From an uncultured candidatus Porisulfidus sp. (GTDB lineage: Bacteria; Pseudomonadota; Gammaproteobacteria; Poriferisulfidales; Oxydemutatoraceae): a DNA stretch of 64,000 nt. Shown one piece after another: positions 1 through 10,201 of the stretch. The DNA is taken from NCBI GenBank assembly GCA_965215765.1, contig OZ244118.1, positions 1,773,309 to 1,837,308 of the forward strand, in the 5' to 3' direction. Below the pieces are notes generated by a model that was not told where the DNA came from, ran no database searches, and worked only from the letters and a program-made list of their open reading frames with translations. Every line of letters starts with the position of its first letter. Position 1 is the first letter of the stretch. The translations under genes were made by a program, and so were the position numbers.

Positions 1-394
1 GCCATGCCCAAATTTGCGGGCTGATGAAAAACAGCACCTTTACCCCCAAGACGCGCGCTTTGGTCGCCAGTTTCAAATTGAAATCCGGAAAATCAGCGAG
101 GATCAACAAGTCAACATTGTCCTTCATCTCGGTGTGCAATTTGTTAAATTTGTGGCGCAAGGTTCTGTAGACTTTCCCCACTTCAGAAATACCGACCACG
201 CTGGTTCCCGTGCAGTCTGCCAGCAGACTGACTCCTGCCTTGCGCATTTGCACCCCGCCCATGCCTGAAAACTCGTAGCGATCGGTTCGCCGTTTCAACG
301 CACTCACCAATTCGCCCAGATACGCATCACCCGACACCTCGCCCGCAACCAGCATCAACTTGCGCTTGCGCGGCGAAGTGTGTGCGGCGTTCAA
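1..394 (-). CDS. lpxB: lipid-A-disaccharide synthase (5' part; runs off the window)
   Basis: Manual minus-strand translation gives LMLVAGEVSGDAYLGELV...GMGGVQM...SVVGISEV...ADFPDFNLKLA...FFISPQIWAW, the characteristic LpxB N-terminal motifs. The TTG start overlaps the stop of the upstream gene. Confidence 0.9.
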   Translation of the reverse strand, partial: MNAAHTSPRKRKLMLVAGEVSGDAYLGELVSALKRRTDRYEFSGMGGVQMRKAGVSLLADCTGTSVVGISEVGKVYRTLRHKFNKLHTEMKDNVDLLILADFPDFNLKLATKARVLGVKVLFFISPQIWAW

Positions 395-1503
395 TCTGCT
401 ACCGCTTTCTGTATGACTTCGGCAATTCGCTCGATATCCTGCCTTTCAAGCTCCGGGTAAATCGGGAGCGACAAGCAGCTTCTGGACAGCTTCTCTGACT
501 GAAGACAGGATCCGACAACCCGTGTTTCCCCCGACAAAGAGGGTTGTTCGTGCATGGCCAGTGGGTAATAAACACAACTGCCAATTCCCTGTTCTCGCAA
601 AGCACTGGCAATGGCATCCCGCTTGTCAGAAAGAATCGTGAACTGGTTGTACACGTGGAGGTCTTCAGGCGTGTTAGCTGGCAAACACAGAGAATCTTCG
701 TTACGCAAAAATTCCGAATAGTCCTCAGCAAGTTTTATCCTGCGTCGGTTCTGGACTTCAACGTGACGCAGTTTGACGCGCAGAATCGCCGCCTGTATCT
801 CGTCAAGGCGGCTGTTGTAACCCAGCATCTGGTGCACGTGTCTGCCTTCGCTCCCGTGATTTCGCAATAAACGAATCTTTTCTGTCATGTCGGAATCATG
901 GGTCGTCACCATGCCTCCATCCCCACAGCCTCCCAGGTTTTTTGTCGGGAAAAAACTGTGGCAACCGACGTGTCCGATGCTGCCCACCTTCCTCTTCTGA
1001 GACTCTGCGCCGAATGCCTGGGCGCAATCTTCAATCAGCTTCAGACCCGCCTCGTTCGCGATTTCCATCAGCCAGCCCATATCCGCCGCCTGCCCAAAAA
1101 GATGAATCGCAATGATGGCCTTGGTGCGTTCGGTAAGTGCCTCGCCAACGGCAGCAGGGTCGATTGCAAAATTGTGCGGGCGCACATCGCAAAGCACGGG
1201 TGTGGCACCGGTATAAATCACCGCCTCAACAGGGGCGATAAATCCAAAGTCCGGAACGATTACTTCATCACCAGGCCCGATGTCCAAGGCGCGCATCGCC
1301 AAAAACAAGGCAGACGTGCCCGATGCACACCCCAAAGCGTGCGGCACCTGGAGATACTCGGCAACTTCGCTTTCAAAGTGACGGAGCTGAGTTCCAAGAA
1401 TGAACTTGCCGCTATCGAATACTTCCCGCAAACCCTCCTGTATAGGCTTCTCCAAACGCCGATGATGGGTTTTCAAACAAAAAAATGGAATTTCAGACTT
1501 CAC
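391..1503 (-). CDS. DegT/DnrJ/EryC1/StrS-family PLP aminotransferase (nucleotide-sugar transaminase, GnnB/WbpE-like)
   Basis: Motifs SGTSAL, IEDCAQA, SFFPTKNLG (PLP lysine), GYNSRLDEIQAA, LSLPIYPEL. GGGAG precedes GTG1503; the ORF track extends to 1536. Confidence 0.9.
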   Translation of the reverse strand: MKSEIPFFCLKTHHRRLEKPIQEGLREVFDSGKFILGTQLRHFESEVAEYLQVPHALGCASGTSALFLAMRALDIGPGDEVIVPDFGFIAPVEAVIYTGATPVLCDVRPHNFAIDPAAVGEALTERTKAIIAIHLFGQAADMGWLMEIANEAGLKLIEDCAQAFGAESQKRKVGSIGHVGCHSFFPTKNLGGCGDGGMVTTHDSDMTEKIRLLRNHGSEGRHVHQMLGYNSRLDEIQAAILRVKLRHVEVQNRRRIKLAEDYSEFLRNEDSLCLPANTPEDLHVYNQFTILSDKRDAIASALREQGIGSCVYYPLAMHEQPSLSGETRVVGSCLQSEKLSRSCLSLPIYPELERQDIERIAEVIQKAVAD

Positions 1504-1541
1504 CAAAGAAAGCTCCCGATTGATCGCACCACGCAAAGAAG

Positions 1542-2375
1542 TCAGTGACGATCCGGAAACGGTTCCGGAAAAAGCGCACTACTTTTCCCTGCCAAATAAT
1601 AAAACCCCAACCCGACCCATTCGTGAAGCGCCAGAGCCAACACCTGAAGTTTGTCAAAATCAGGGAGTCCAAGACGTAACCCCACATCCTCGCCAGTGTT
1701 GTAGTCCACGGGCACCGGGGTTACCTTCCAGCCAACTTTTCGAAACGTGCCGACGCTGCGTGGAACATGGTACGCAGAGGTCAACAGCAACCAGTTTTCG
1801 CTCGGCAGGGGATCCACCAAGCGGTAACTGTAAACCGCATTTTCCCACGTGTTTACGGCCTGATTTTCGTAGCGCACCCGTTCCGCCAAGCCAAAAGCAG
1901 AAAAAAATGCGCGCGCGGCATCGGCCTCACTCGACCCACTGTATCCCCACGAGCCGGAATAACCGCTGAACACGATTTCCAGGTCGGGATATTTTTTTGC
2001 CAGCAACAAGGTCTCCGTCAAGCGCTCTGCGGCACTGTTTGTTTGTACGGCACCATGATGGGCGCTCAAATCTTCCTTGATGGCTCCGCCCAACACGATG
2101 ATACCTTTTATGTCATTGCCTTTCGTGCCCTGCTGGGAATATGACGCATATTTGGGGAAGCGATGTTCCAAGGGATACAAAATCATTTGGTCAATATTCA
2201 AGAACAGAACCAGCAGCAACGTGACAAGTGCCAAAGAAAGCAGCCATCTTCCCAGGCGAAAAAACCTGCCCCACAACAGAATCCAGCCGATAAGGAATAA
2301 TGCCAGCAACAAGCTGGCAGGATGAAGAAAGAACCAGGAAATTTTGGCCATGGCAAAAAATGGGTCGCTTCCCAT
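1542..2375 (-). CDS. YdcF/DUF218 (ElyC-like) envelope protein
   Basis: Two N-terminal TM segments, then IIVLGG, ERL, NTWENA, LLTSAYHVPRS, PVPVDY, ALHEWVG. ATG2375 overlaps the mutM stop (TGATG). Confidence 0.85.
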   Translation of the reverse strand: MGSDPFFAMAKISWFFLHPASLLLALFLIGWILLWGRFFRLGRWLLSLALVTLLLVLFLNIDQMILYPLEHRFPKYASYSQQGTKGNDIKGIIVLGGAIKEDLSAHHGAVQTNSAAERLTETLLLAKKYPDLEIVFSGYSGSWGYSGSSEADAARAFFSAFGLAERVRYENQAVNTWENAVYSYRLVDPLPSENWLLLTSAYHVPRSVGTFRKVGWKVTPVPVDYNTGEDVGLRLGLPDFDKLQVLALALHEWVGLGFYYLAGKSSALFPEPFPDRH

Positions 2376-3190
2376 CAGCGCTGACAATAATCGCAGTAAA
2401 AAGTACCACGAGCAGACACGCAACGACGCTTCAGCGCTTTGCCGCATTGCACGCATGGCTCGCCTGCCCGCGCGTACACTCGTAGTTGCCTTTGGAAATA
2501 ACCGGGTTCGCTGTTCTCGCGAACAAAGTCACGCAGGCTGGTTCCTCCGGCTTGCAAAGCCTGGGTCAAAACTTCTTGTATGGCTTCGACCAACCGGACG
2601 TATCGCGTCCGGGAAATTTTCCCGGCTTGGCGCAAAGGGTGAACACCTCCCACAAAAAGTGCTTCGTTGGCATAAATGTTGCCGACTCCAACCACTGTGT
2701 GCGCATCCATTAAAAAGCTTTTGACGCATATTTTCCTTCCTTTGGATTTCTCGTACAAATAATCTCCATGGAACTGGTCGCCGAGTGGCTCCGGCCCCAG
2801 TGCTCTTAATAGCTTGTGCTCCAGAGGATTTGTTGTGATCCAAAGAATCAGACCGAACCTTCGGACATCACGAAACCGCAACAAGGTTTTGTCCTCAAAC
2901 ACCCAATCAACGTGATCGTGCGCAGTGGGTGGTGTTCCGGATTTCAGAATGCGCAAGCTCCCGCTCATGCCAAGATGCAGTAGCAGCGTCCCCCGCTCAC
3001 AATCAAAGAGCAGATACTTCCCCCTGCGGCGAATCGCGTGAATGCGGCTGTTTTTTAGACCCGTGACCATGCCACGCGTGATGGTCTGGCGCAAATCCCG
3101 GCGGCGCACGACAACCTTGGAAATGCACCTGCCCACCACGTGAGGGATCAGCCCGCAACGCGTCACTTCCACTTCTGGTAGTTCAGGCAC
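2375..3190 (-). CDS. mutM: formamidopyrimidine-DNA glycosylase
   Basis: N-terminal PELPEVE, RRGKYLL, HLGMSG, GVGNIYANEALF, and a C-terminal zinc finger CVQC...YCDYCQ. Confidence 0.97.
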   Translation of the reverse strand: MPELPEVEVTRCGLIPHVVGRCISKVVVRRRDLRQTITRGMVTGLKNSRIHAIRRRGKYLLFDCERGTLLLHLGMSGSLRILKSGTPPTAHDHVDWVFEDKTLLRFRDVRRFGLILWITTNPLEHKLLRALGPEPLGDQFHGDYLYEKSKGRKICVKSFLMDAHTVVGVGNIYANEALFVGGVHPLRQAGKISRTRYVRLVEAIQEVLTQALQAGGTSLRDFVRENSEPGYFQRQLRVYARAGEPCVQCGKALKRRCVSARGTFYCDYCQR

Positions 3191-3250
3191 CAGGCAAGTA
3201 ACCGCCGCTCATTCTTTTCCTGATTCCCAACTGCGGCAAATACAGAGCTT

Positions 3251-4255
3251 TTAGCAATGGAGCGTCTCAATTTCCACAGTGAGCTCAGGGCGACAGATAT
3301 CCCCTTTCAGCATGACCAATGCTTCCTGGTTTTTACAAAAGGGTGCCAGGTACGCACACGCTTTTTCGCTGTTGGCCGGATTTGACAAATAGACTTTGAG
3401 GAAGCGGCGCCTCATGGAGCATTGCCCACTCTTTGAGCACATCCCGCGCTCCAGGATTTCAAGATTTTTCTGGATTTCCCGCAACTCACCGACCAGGTTC
3501 CCGGCGCTACGCGACTCATGCCCAACGATGCTGGCTGTTCCGGACACAAAGGCCGTGCTGTTGTCCTGCCAAGGCTGAATGACGGCACGCGCAAACAAAG
3601 GACGTTCTGATTCAGCATAAATGGGGTAATCCCACGGTAGCGTTTGTCTCACGTTATTGACCAGTCGCCCGGCAGTTTTTGCCGCCAGAAAATGAAAAGC
3701 ACAGTAAGAAGCCTCCGTTCCAATGACGGTTGCCGCGCACAGTATGCGTTCTTTCCCTGAGCTTCGAGCCACACGCAACCTGCCATTGCAAAACTCCTGG
3801 TAAACGGAAAGACCCGCTTTGCGCCGATGAATGCCCGGCAAGTAATGCCAGGTTCTCACCAGCGCCGGATAACCCGCATCCTCAATCGTCAGCAAAATTT
3901 TCCGATATGCGTCTTCAACTCTGCCCGCGACATCTCCCGCTGTTTCCTGATAACACCAACCAAAAAGCAAGTCGTCGTTGACCGCGAAAAAAATGTCGCC
4001 GCTTTTCTCGCGTACAACCCTTGTGTCGCTATACCAGGTCTCTCGCCTGAACTTTCCAATCGCCGGAACACCAGTCTGGGCACAGGAATGACTTTCCAGC
4101 ATGCCCATATTCGCTTCAAAAGCGATTTCAACCAGCACCTGTTCTGAAAATTTTTGCGTGCTTTCAGAAAAACAGACACTGCAGCCGCCGATTCCGTCAG
4201 CAACGTTACCCGGCGAAGCTGGTGCTCTTATTGTGTTGTTGATCTGCTTTGCCAC
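3251..4255 (-). CDS. FkbO/Hyg5/XanB2-family chorismatase-like protein
   Basis: LVRTWHYLPGI, YQEFCNGR, AATVIG, RQTLPWDYP, PLFARA, FVSGTASIVGHES, GDICRPELTVEIE match the family pattern. Confidence 0.8.
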   Translation of the reverse strand: MAKQINNTIRAPASPGNVADGIGGCSVCFSESTQKFSEQVLVEIAFEANMGMLESHSCAQTGVPAIGKFRRETWYSDTRVVREKSGDIFFAVNDDLLFGWCYQETAGDVAGRVEDAYRKILLTIEDAGYPALVRTWHYLPGIHRRKAGLSVYQEFCNGRLRVARSSGKERILCAATVIGTEASYCAFHFLAAKTAGRLVNNVRQTLPWDYPIYAESERPLFARAVIQPWQDNSTAFVSGTASIVGHESRSAGNLVGELREIQKNLEILERGMCSKSGQCSMRRRFLKVYLSNPANSEKACAYLAPFCKNQEALVMLKGDICRPELTVEIETLHC

Positions 4256-4558
4256 CTTAGCCCACTACGGCCTTTTCATTCCAAAACCCAAACTGAAGGG
4301 GGGCATTATAAATGGGAGCATCAGGAAAAACGCAGTGCCCAAAGAAACAAGAAACCCGGTCTTGCAGCAAATTTTCACAAAAGTGCCGGGCGAACCCGGT
4401 AGTCGGAACTTGATGGCTGTTCATGCATTCTCTGTATTCTCCCCATTTTTCTGCCTTGGGAAAAACAGCTGTTCCCAAATGAGACAGAGCGAAGCGGATC
4501 ACTCTGCTCTCTCGGCTGCCCGTCAGAGTAGAATGGCGTGATATGACCTGGAACAAAG

Positions 4559-6562
4559 TTGCCAAAAAGCCCGGAAAATAAAAGCGTTCTGAACTGCGTT
4601 GGTGTTGACACAGGTGGCACCTTCACCGACCTCGTCGCTTGCGTCAATGGAAAGTTGCAGGTTCACAAGCAGCTTTCCACCCCGCACGCGCCGGAGAATG
4701 CGATTATTGCCGGTCTGAAAGCGCTCGGCATTCAGGAAAAGGAACCATTCCTGCTCATACACGGAACGACGGTCGGCACCAACGCCGTGCTGGAAAACAA
4801 AGGTGTGAAAACCGCTTATATCTGCAACCACGGCTTCGCAGACTTGCTCACCATTGGGCGCCAGAATCGTGACAGACTTTATGAGCTGGCTCCTGAACAT
4901 GAGCCACCCCCGGTTCCCCCGGAACTGTGCCTTGAAATCAGTGGCCGCCTGAGCGCAGACGGATCCATGCTGGAGCCTCTGAAGGCAGCGGATTTAACAG
5001 CACTAAAAGACAGAATTCGAAAGCTCAAGCCAAAAGCGGTCGCAATCAATATGCTGTTTTCATTTCTGCGTCCCGGCGTGGAAAAAGTGTTGGCAAAAGA
5101 ACTGGAAGAAGACTACTACGTGACTTGCTCTGCGGACGTGCTCGCCGAACGTGGTGAATACGAACGCGGCATCGCCACCTGGTTAAACAGTTACGTGGGA
5201 CCCATTATGGGGCGCTACCTCAAACATCTGCAGTCGCTACTGCCTCAAGCCAGGCTGCGCGTCATGCAGAGCAGCGGGAAAACCACCTCAGCGCAGGCAG
5301 CGTCCAGACTTCCTGTTCACCTTTTGCTGTCCGGCCCTGCAGGTGGCGCCATGGCTGCCAGACACCTGGGCAAGCAAGCCGGGCAGAAGCAAGTGCTCAG
5401 TTTTGACATGGGCGGGACTTCGACCGATGTGGCGCTGGTGGACAGTCACAGCCTGCGTTTAAGCAACGAAGGGAAGATTGGCAAATACCCTCTTGCCATA
5501 CCCATGATTGACATACGAACCGTAGGAGCCGGAGGCGGCTCTATTGCTTTCATCGACAAAGGTGGTTTTCTGCGCGCCGGCCCGCAATCGGCCGGAGCAG
5601 ATCCGGGACCCGCCTGCTATGGAAAGGGAGGAAAGTTGCCTACGGTCACTGATGCCAATTTAATTCTCGGCAGGCTGCCTGAAACCTTGGGGCAGCAGTT
5701 GCGGCTGTCACTTCCCGCGGCAAAAGAAGCGTTGGTGCCTATTGCGCAAACGCTCAACAAAACCATCTTTGACTGCGCAATGGGCGTGATTGACATTGTC
5801 AACGAACAAATGATCCAGACCCTGCGGCTCATAGCGACGCAGCAAGAAAGAGCGATCGCGACTTTGATGATGGCAGGTTTCGGAGCAACCGGAGGGACGC
5901 ACGCTTGTGCTTTGGCAGAAGGTCTGAAAATTGAATCGGTCATCATTCCGGCATACGCAGGTGTATTTTCTGCTTATGGCATGCTGCTTTCCCCCCAAGG
6001 CCTGCGTAAAACGCGCAGCCTGTGCGTGCCATTTGAAAAGCTGTCTGAACAACGCTTTCAAGAAGTTTTCGCGAGCTTGAAGCATTCGGCAGAACAAGAA
6101 ATACGTTCGCAAGGTATCCAGAAAATGCGCTTTCGCAAGCTTGTTGACCTGCGTTACCTGGGTCAGTCCCACGCCTTGGAGCTGGAGTACCAGCCCTTGG
6201 TTTCACTGGCGGAAAAGTTCCAGGAGCAACACCAGAAGCTGAGAGGCTATCGCCTTGAAACGCCCGTAGAAGTTGTCACGGCAAAAGTTGAAGCCTTCGC
6301 GCCAGCCGCTCTGGATGCAGACACGCCCTGCCGCTGGCGGAAGAAACACCGTGCCGTTCAGGAAAAAACGCATACCGGCACCCCGATCCATTTTCGTGAT
6401 GCCATGCCCCGAAATCAGCCCGCCATCGGGCCTGCGTTAGTCATTGACGATGTCTCAACAACCTGGGTCAGCAAGAATTGGGAAGCCAGGACAGACGAAC
6501 AAGCGAATCTGCACCTTTCCAAAACAAACGGGATTCAGAAGCACCTGGCCAGCACCCTGTAG
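4559..6562 (+). CDS. hydantoinase A / 5-oxoprolinase-family ATP-binding subunit
   Basis: GVDTGGTFTD, HGTTVGTNAVLE, LLSGPAGG, FDMGGTSTDV, GAGGGSIA, PQSAGADPGPACYG, PTVTDAN, DLRYLGQSH. Confidence 0.9.
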   Translation: MPKSPENKSVLNCVGVDTGGTFTDLVACVNGKLQVHKQLSTPHAPENAIIAGLKALGIQEKEPFLLIHGTTVGTNAVLENKGVKTAYICNHGFADLLTIGRQNRDRLYELAPEHEPPPVPPELCLEISGRLSADGSMLEPLKAADLTALKDRIRKLKPKAVAINMLFSFLRPGVEKVLAKELEEDYYVTCSADVLAERGEYERGIATWLNSYVGPIMGRYLKHLQSLLPQARLRVMQSSGKTTSAQAASRLPVHLLLSGPAGGAMAARHLGKQAGQKQVLSFDMGGTSTDVALVDSHSLRLSNEGKIGKYPLAIPMIDIRTVGAGGGSIAFIDKGGFLRAGPQSAGADPGPACYGKGGKLPTVTDANLILGRLPETLGQQLRLSLPAAKEALVPIAQTLNKTIFDCAMGVIDIVNEQMIQTLRLIATQQERAIATLMMAGFGATGGTHACALAEGLKIESVIIPAYAGVFSAYGMLLSPQGLRKTRSLCVPFEKLSEQRFQEVFASLKHSAEQEIRSQGIQKMRFRKLVDLRYLGQSHALELEYQPLVSLAEKFQEQHQKLRGYRLETPVEVVTAKVEAFAPAALDADTPCRWRKKHRAVQEKTHTGTPIHFRDAMPRNQPAIGPALVIDDVSTTWVSKNWEARTDEQANLHLSKTNGIQKHLASTL

Positions 6563-6636
6563 TTACCTCCAGGCAGACCACCTGGTTCCGAGGCGGCGGC
6601 CGGGTAGCCGCTTTTCGGCACCCCGCCGTGGTGTCG

Positions 6637-7845
6637 TCAGGCTTCGGAAGTGGCGGGGAAAGCGTTTGGCAACAAAAGCTGAACTTTTTTTGCAAACTTT
6701 CTGAGCACTTCCGGCTCCGCTTTTTCAGCCTTGTCACACCAGTCCATGAGTGCGGTGTGCAACTCGGCTTGCTCAAGACGAAACTTCTGCCAAAGCTGGT
6801 GCAAGGCACACTTGAACTCATAAACCACTGCCAAGGATTCACGCCCCTCAAAAGCGTTGTGCATCGCTTGCTTGTCTTCAGAGCTGATCATGCTTTCGTG
6901 GTGCATGAAAAACCCTCTGGCTCTGCGCAAAAGACCGCGCTCCTCACCATCGGCGAGCCTCAATTCCTTTTTCAGCACCGGCTGAACGACAGTGCTCATG
7001 TACTCATTCATCAGATGCAAACGAGAATTCAGGAGTTTTTTGATCCAGTCAATGTCATGCTTTTGCGAATGCTGCAGGGCTCGTTCGCGCGGCGCTGCTT
7101 TTATGTCGCTTGCCAACCCAAGAAACTCAAGGATTCGCACGTACAGCCAACCGATGTCAAATTCCCACGGTTTGAACGAAAACCTGGCAGAACCCGGAAA
7201 AGCGTGGTGGTTATTGTGCAACTCTTCGCCACCAATCAGGATTCCAAACGGCAAAAGGTTCCTGGAACAATCCTTGGTTTCGAAATTGCGATACCCGCTG
7301 TGATGCCCCAAGCCATTGATGACCCCGGCAGCAAAGAAAGGAATCCACATCATTTGCACTGACCATATAGCCACGCCCCAGAATCCAAAAAGCACAAACT
7401 CAAGGATCAGCAAGCTGACCAAGCCCCAGGTTTCGTGGCAGGAAAACAAACGCCTCTCAAGAAAATCATCGGGAGTTCCCGCGCCGTAGACATCAACAGT
7501 TTGCTGAATGTCTTTTTCTTTTATGTATAAGTCCGCCCCACAAAAGAGAACTTGTAAGACGCCTTTTACGCGAGGGCTGTGAGGGTCAGACTCAGTCTCT
7601 ACTTTATCGTGGTGTTTGCGGTGTATAGCCACCCATTCCCGGGTCACCATGCCGGTAGTCCCCCAAAGCCAAAAACGCATGAAAAGCGCAACCGCTGGAT
7701 GCAGACGCAAAGACCGATGGGTCTGGTGTCTGTGCAAATATACGGTGACGCAAACAATGGTTGTATGCGTTGCGATCAACAACACCAACAACAGACCCCA
7801 CCAAGGCAACGAGAGCACCCCGGCTCCCAGCAATATCTCAGACAT
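6637..7845 (-). CDS. desA: membrane acyl-CoA/acyl-lipid delta-9 fatty acid desaturase (DesA-type, with C-terminal helical tail)
   Basis: Three histidine boxes (YLHRHQTH, IHRKHH, ELHNNHH), DPHSP and WEFDIGW. Confidence 0.88.
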   Translation of the reverse strand: MSEILLGAGVLSLPWWGLLLVLLIATHTTIVCVTVYLHRHQTHRSLRLHPAVALFMRFWLWGTTGMVTREWVAIHRKHHDKVETESDPHSPRVKGVLQVLFCGADLYIKEKDIQQTVDVYGAGTPDDFLERRLFSCHETWGLVSLLILEFVLFGFWGVAIWSVQMMWIPFFAAGVINGLGHHSGYRNFETKDCSRNLLPFGILIGGEELHNNHHAFPGSARFSFKPWEFDIGWLYVRILEFLGLASDIKAAPRERALQHSQKHDIDWIKKLLNSRLHLMNEYMSTVVQPVLKKELRLADGEERGLLRRARGFFMHHESMISSEDKQAMHNAFEGRESLAVVYEFKCALHQLWQKFRLEQAELHTALMDWCDKAEKAEPEVLRKFAKKVQLLLPNAFPATSEA

Positions 7846-8085
7846 TCAAATCCCCTTTATGAAAAGAAAAGGAAGCAGCAACTCACACTACGCCTTCCAG
7901 CCAAACACTATACCAGCAAAAACAATCCAGACATACAACTTCAGCTAGAGGAAGACTGACCTCCAGCCCCGCCGTACTGTAACCGCAAACAAGCCAAAAA
8001 ACCAACTACAGATGCGGCCATTATGCACAGCCTTAAGGGCAAAACAGACTCATCTCTTTGCTACAATGGCACCTGCTTCAAACCC

Positions 8086-8442
8086 ATGGACACGGTTTTT
8101 ATACACAATCTTATCGCCCACCCGGTTGTCGGGGCTTTCGAATGGGAACAACGCATCCAGCAAAAAGTCATCATTAACCTGGAAATGCAAACCGATGTCC
8201 GGAAAAGCAGTACTCACGACAGCCTTGACAAAGCACTGGATTATAAGCTCGTCGCACAACAGGTCAAAAAATTTATCGAAAAAAGCCGGTTTGCCTTATT
8301 GGAAACCATGGCAGAAAAAACAGCCGAATTTGTGCTCAATGAGTTCACCACGAAGTGGGTTCGGGTGCGACTGGACAAGCCGTTTGCGGTGCGCGGTGCA
8401 GGAACGGTTGGCGTGACCATAGAAAGGGGGAACAAAAAATAG
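8086..8442 (+). CDS. folB: dihydroneopterin aldolase
   Basis: MDTVFI...VGAFEWEQRIQQ...ALDY...FALLETMAE...KPFAV..A..VGVTIER. Confidence 0.93.
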   Translation: MDTVFIHNLIAHPVVGAFEWEQRIQQKVIINLEMQTDVRKSSTHDSLDKALDYKLVAQQVKKFIEKSRFALLETMAEKTAEFVLNEFTTKWVRVRLDKPFAVRGAGTVGVTIERGNKK

Positions 8443-8496
8443 CAGCCCTCTCATCAACGCCCGAACCCAGAGGTCGTGTAAACCTGGGCGCCGCCA

Positions 8497-9255
8497 CTAC
8501 TGAAACAGGCTCCGCCCTCCGTCTATGGCAAGACATTGGCCGGTAACATAGTCTGCGCTAAAAACCAGAAAGGCGACGGCGTCGGCAATGTCTTTTGCTG
8601 TGCCGCTGCGCCGCAATGGGACTCTGGCGAGGATTTCCTTTCGGTCTTGTTGCGTGAGCGTTTTTTCCGGCCACAGCGTGGCACCCGGAGAAACTGCGTT
8701 ACACCGTACTTCGGGAGCCAGCTCGCGAGCCAAGGACAGGGTGAGCATGTTCAGACCGGATTTTGCGATGGAATAGATGGTGTGCCCCTTCAGCGGGCGT
8801 AATGCGTGGACATCCACGATGTTCACAATGCAACCGCGCGCTTTTTTTAGTGACTCGGCAAGAGAGATACTGAGAAACAATGGGGCTTTCAGGTTGACGT
8901 CGATAATTTCGTGCCAGGTCGTTTCGCTGACCTCGGGTACGGGCGTGGGATAAAAGACCGCCGCATTGTTCACCAAAACATCTATTCGACCCCAGCGTTC
9001 CCGAGCCTGTGTTGCCAACCGCTCGGAGCCGCCGCTTCGCGCCAGATCGGCGCGTATCACAAACGCTGAATCCGGACGCTTGCCATTCAGCTCCGCACCG
9101 AGACACTCCGCTTCCGGAAAGGAGCGAAAGGAATGCAAAATCACTTTCATGCCTTCAGTATGCAAGCGCGATACGATTGCCGCCCCGATACGACGACCCC
9201 CACCGGTCACCAAAGCAACTTTTTCGCTATGTTCGTCTAACTGCAGACCAGGCAT
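8497..9255 (-). CDS. pteridine reductase (SDR, FolM/PTR1-like)
   Basis: LVTGGGRRIG, LVNNAAVFYPTP, IVNIVD, YSIAK catalytic motif; adjacent to folB. Start uncertain (ORF extends to 9300). Confidence 0.85.
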   Translation of the reverse strand: MPGLQLDEHSEKVALVTGGGRRIGAAIVSRLHTEGMKVILHSFRSFPEAECLGAELNGKRPDSAFVIRADLARSGGSERLATQARERWGRIDVLVNNAAVFYPTPVPEVSETTWHEIIDVNLKAPLFLSISLAESLKKARGCIVNIVDVHALRPLKGHTIYSIAKSGLNMLTLSLARELAPEVRCNAVSPGATLWPEKTLTQQDRKEILARVPLRRSGTAKDIADAVAFLVFSADYVTGQCLAIDGGRSLFQ

Positions 9256-9439
9256 ACCACCGTTTGTTCCATACACAAATTTTTTGATATCCAGTTCCAC
9301 CGACTGCCTGCGCTTTCTTCCACGTGAAAGCGATGCACGGCTTCACTCCCGCTCGTATATTCAGCCCACCATCCCGGCAGACCGGGCAGCTCGATGCGGC
9401 ACCAGCACAGGCAATCCGTAAATTCCGCTTGAGCACATC

Positions 9440-10201
9440 TTGTTGCTGGCGCTGGCGCAGGCAGCAACTGAATTTTTGCCAGTATCCAGTACGGCTCATC
9501 TCATACTGATTCCTTTTTTCCTGGAATGGGAATTGCAAAAATTGAGCTTCGATATCGCGGTGCATTTGGGAACCCTTGCCGGACTGCTGGCCTATTACAG
9601 TAAAGCCTTGGTGCAAGGTGCCCCAGTATGGCATGAAGCCCCGAAGACAAGAAAATTGTTCGTGCTCGTCACCTTGGCCTCCCTGCCTCTCTTCGCTGCC
9701 GGCTACTTGCTTGCCTCATACGTTGCAAGCTACCTGCGCACCCCCGAAATCATTGCGTATGCGACCATTTTTTTCGGCATCGTATTGCTCCTTGCCGAAA
9801 AGACAAATGCGTCAAAAGGGAAATCACATTCTGCCACGCTCACCCTCAAAAAGGCCTTCTTGATTGGCTGCGCACAAATACTGGCACTGATCCCAGGGGC
9901 TTCTCGCTCGGGGGTCACTCTCAGCGCCGGCCTTTTCCTCGGACTGACAAAAGAGAGTGCCGCCCATTTTTCATTCATCATGGCCATCCCCGCGATTCTC
10001 GGCGCTTCTGCCTACTGGCTAATCAGCGCAGAAACCGAAAGCTCGCTTAGCTTGCCAACTCTTGCACTGGGCTTTTTTACAGCCGCCATCGTTTCACTGC
10101 TGAGTATCGGGATTTTTCTGAGATTGCTGAAAAGATTCGGACTGTTCCCTTTCGTGATCTACCGCTTTGCACTTGGCATCGCGATCCTGAGCATTTACTG
10201 A
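9440..10201 (+). CDS. uppP: undecaprenyl-diphosphate phosphatase (BacA family)
   Basis: [48 protein letters not shown]. Confidence 0.95.
   Translation: MLLALAQAATEFLPVSSTAHLILIPFFLEWELQKLSFDIAVHLGTLAGLLAYYSKALVQGAPVWHEAPKTRKLFVLVTLASLPLFAAGYLLASYVASYLRTPEIIAYATIFFGIVLLLAEKTNASKGKSHSATLTLKKAFLIGCAQILALIPGASRSGVTLSAGLFLGLTKESAAHFSFIMAIPAILGASAYWLISAETESSLSLPTLALGFFTAAIVSLLSIGIFLRLLKRFGLFPFVIYRFALGIAILSIY

Noticed and set aside
4257-4565. 102-aa ORF as a FabZ/ApeI-like dehydratase next to the chorismatase (GHCVFPDAPI)
   Set aside because: The look-alike motif is near the C-terminus instead of the N-terminal part and nothing else matches. It occupies the divergent promoter region and is probably spurious.
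4559-6562. Hydantoinase A subunit without an adjacent B subunit as a novel enzyme
   Set aside because: Split A/B gene locations are common, and absence from the genome cannot be judged from one window.
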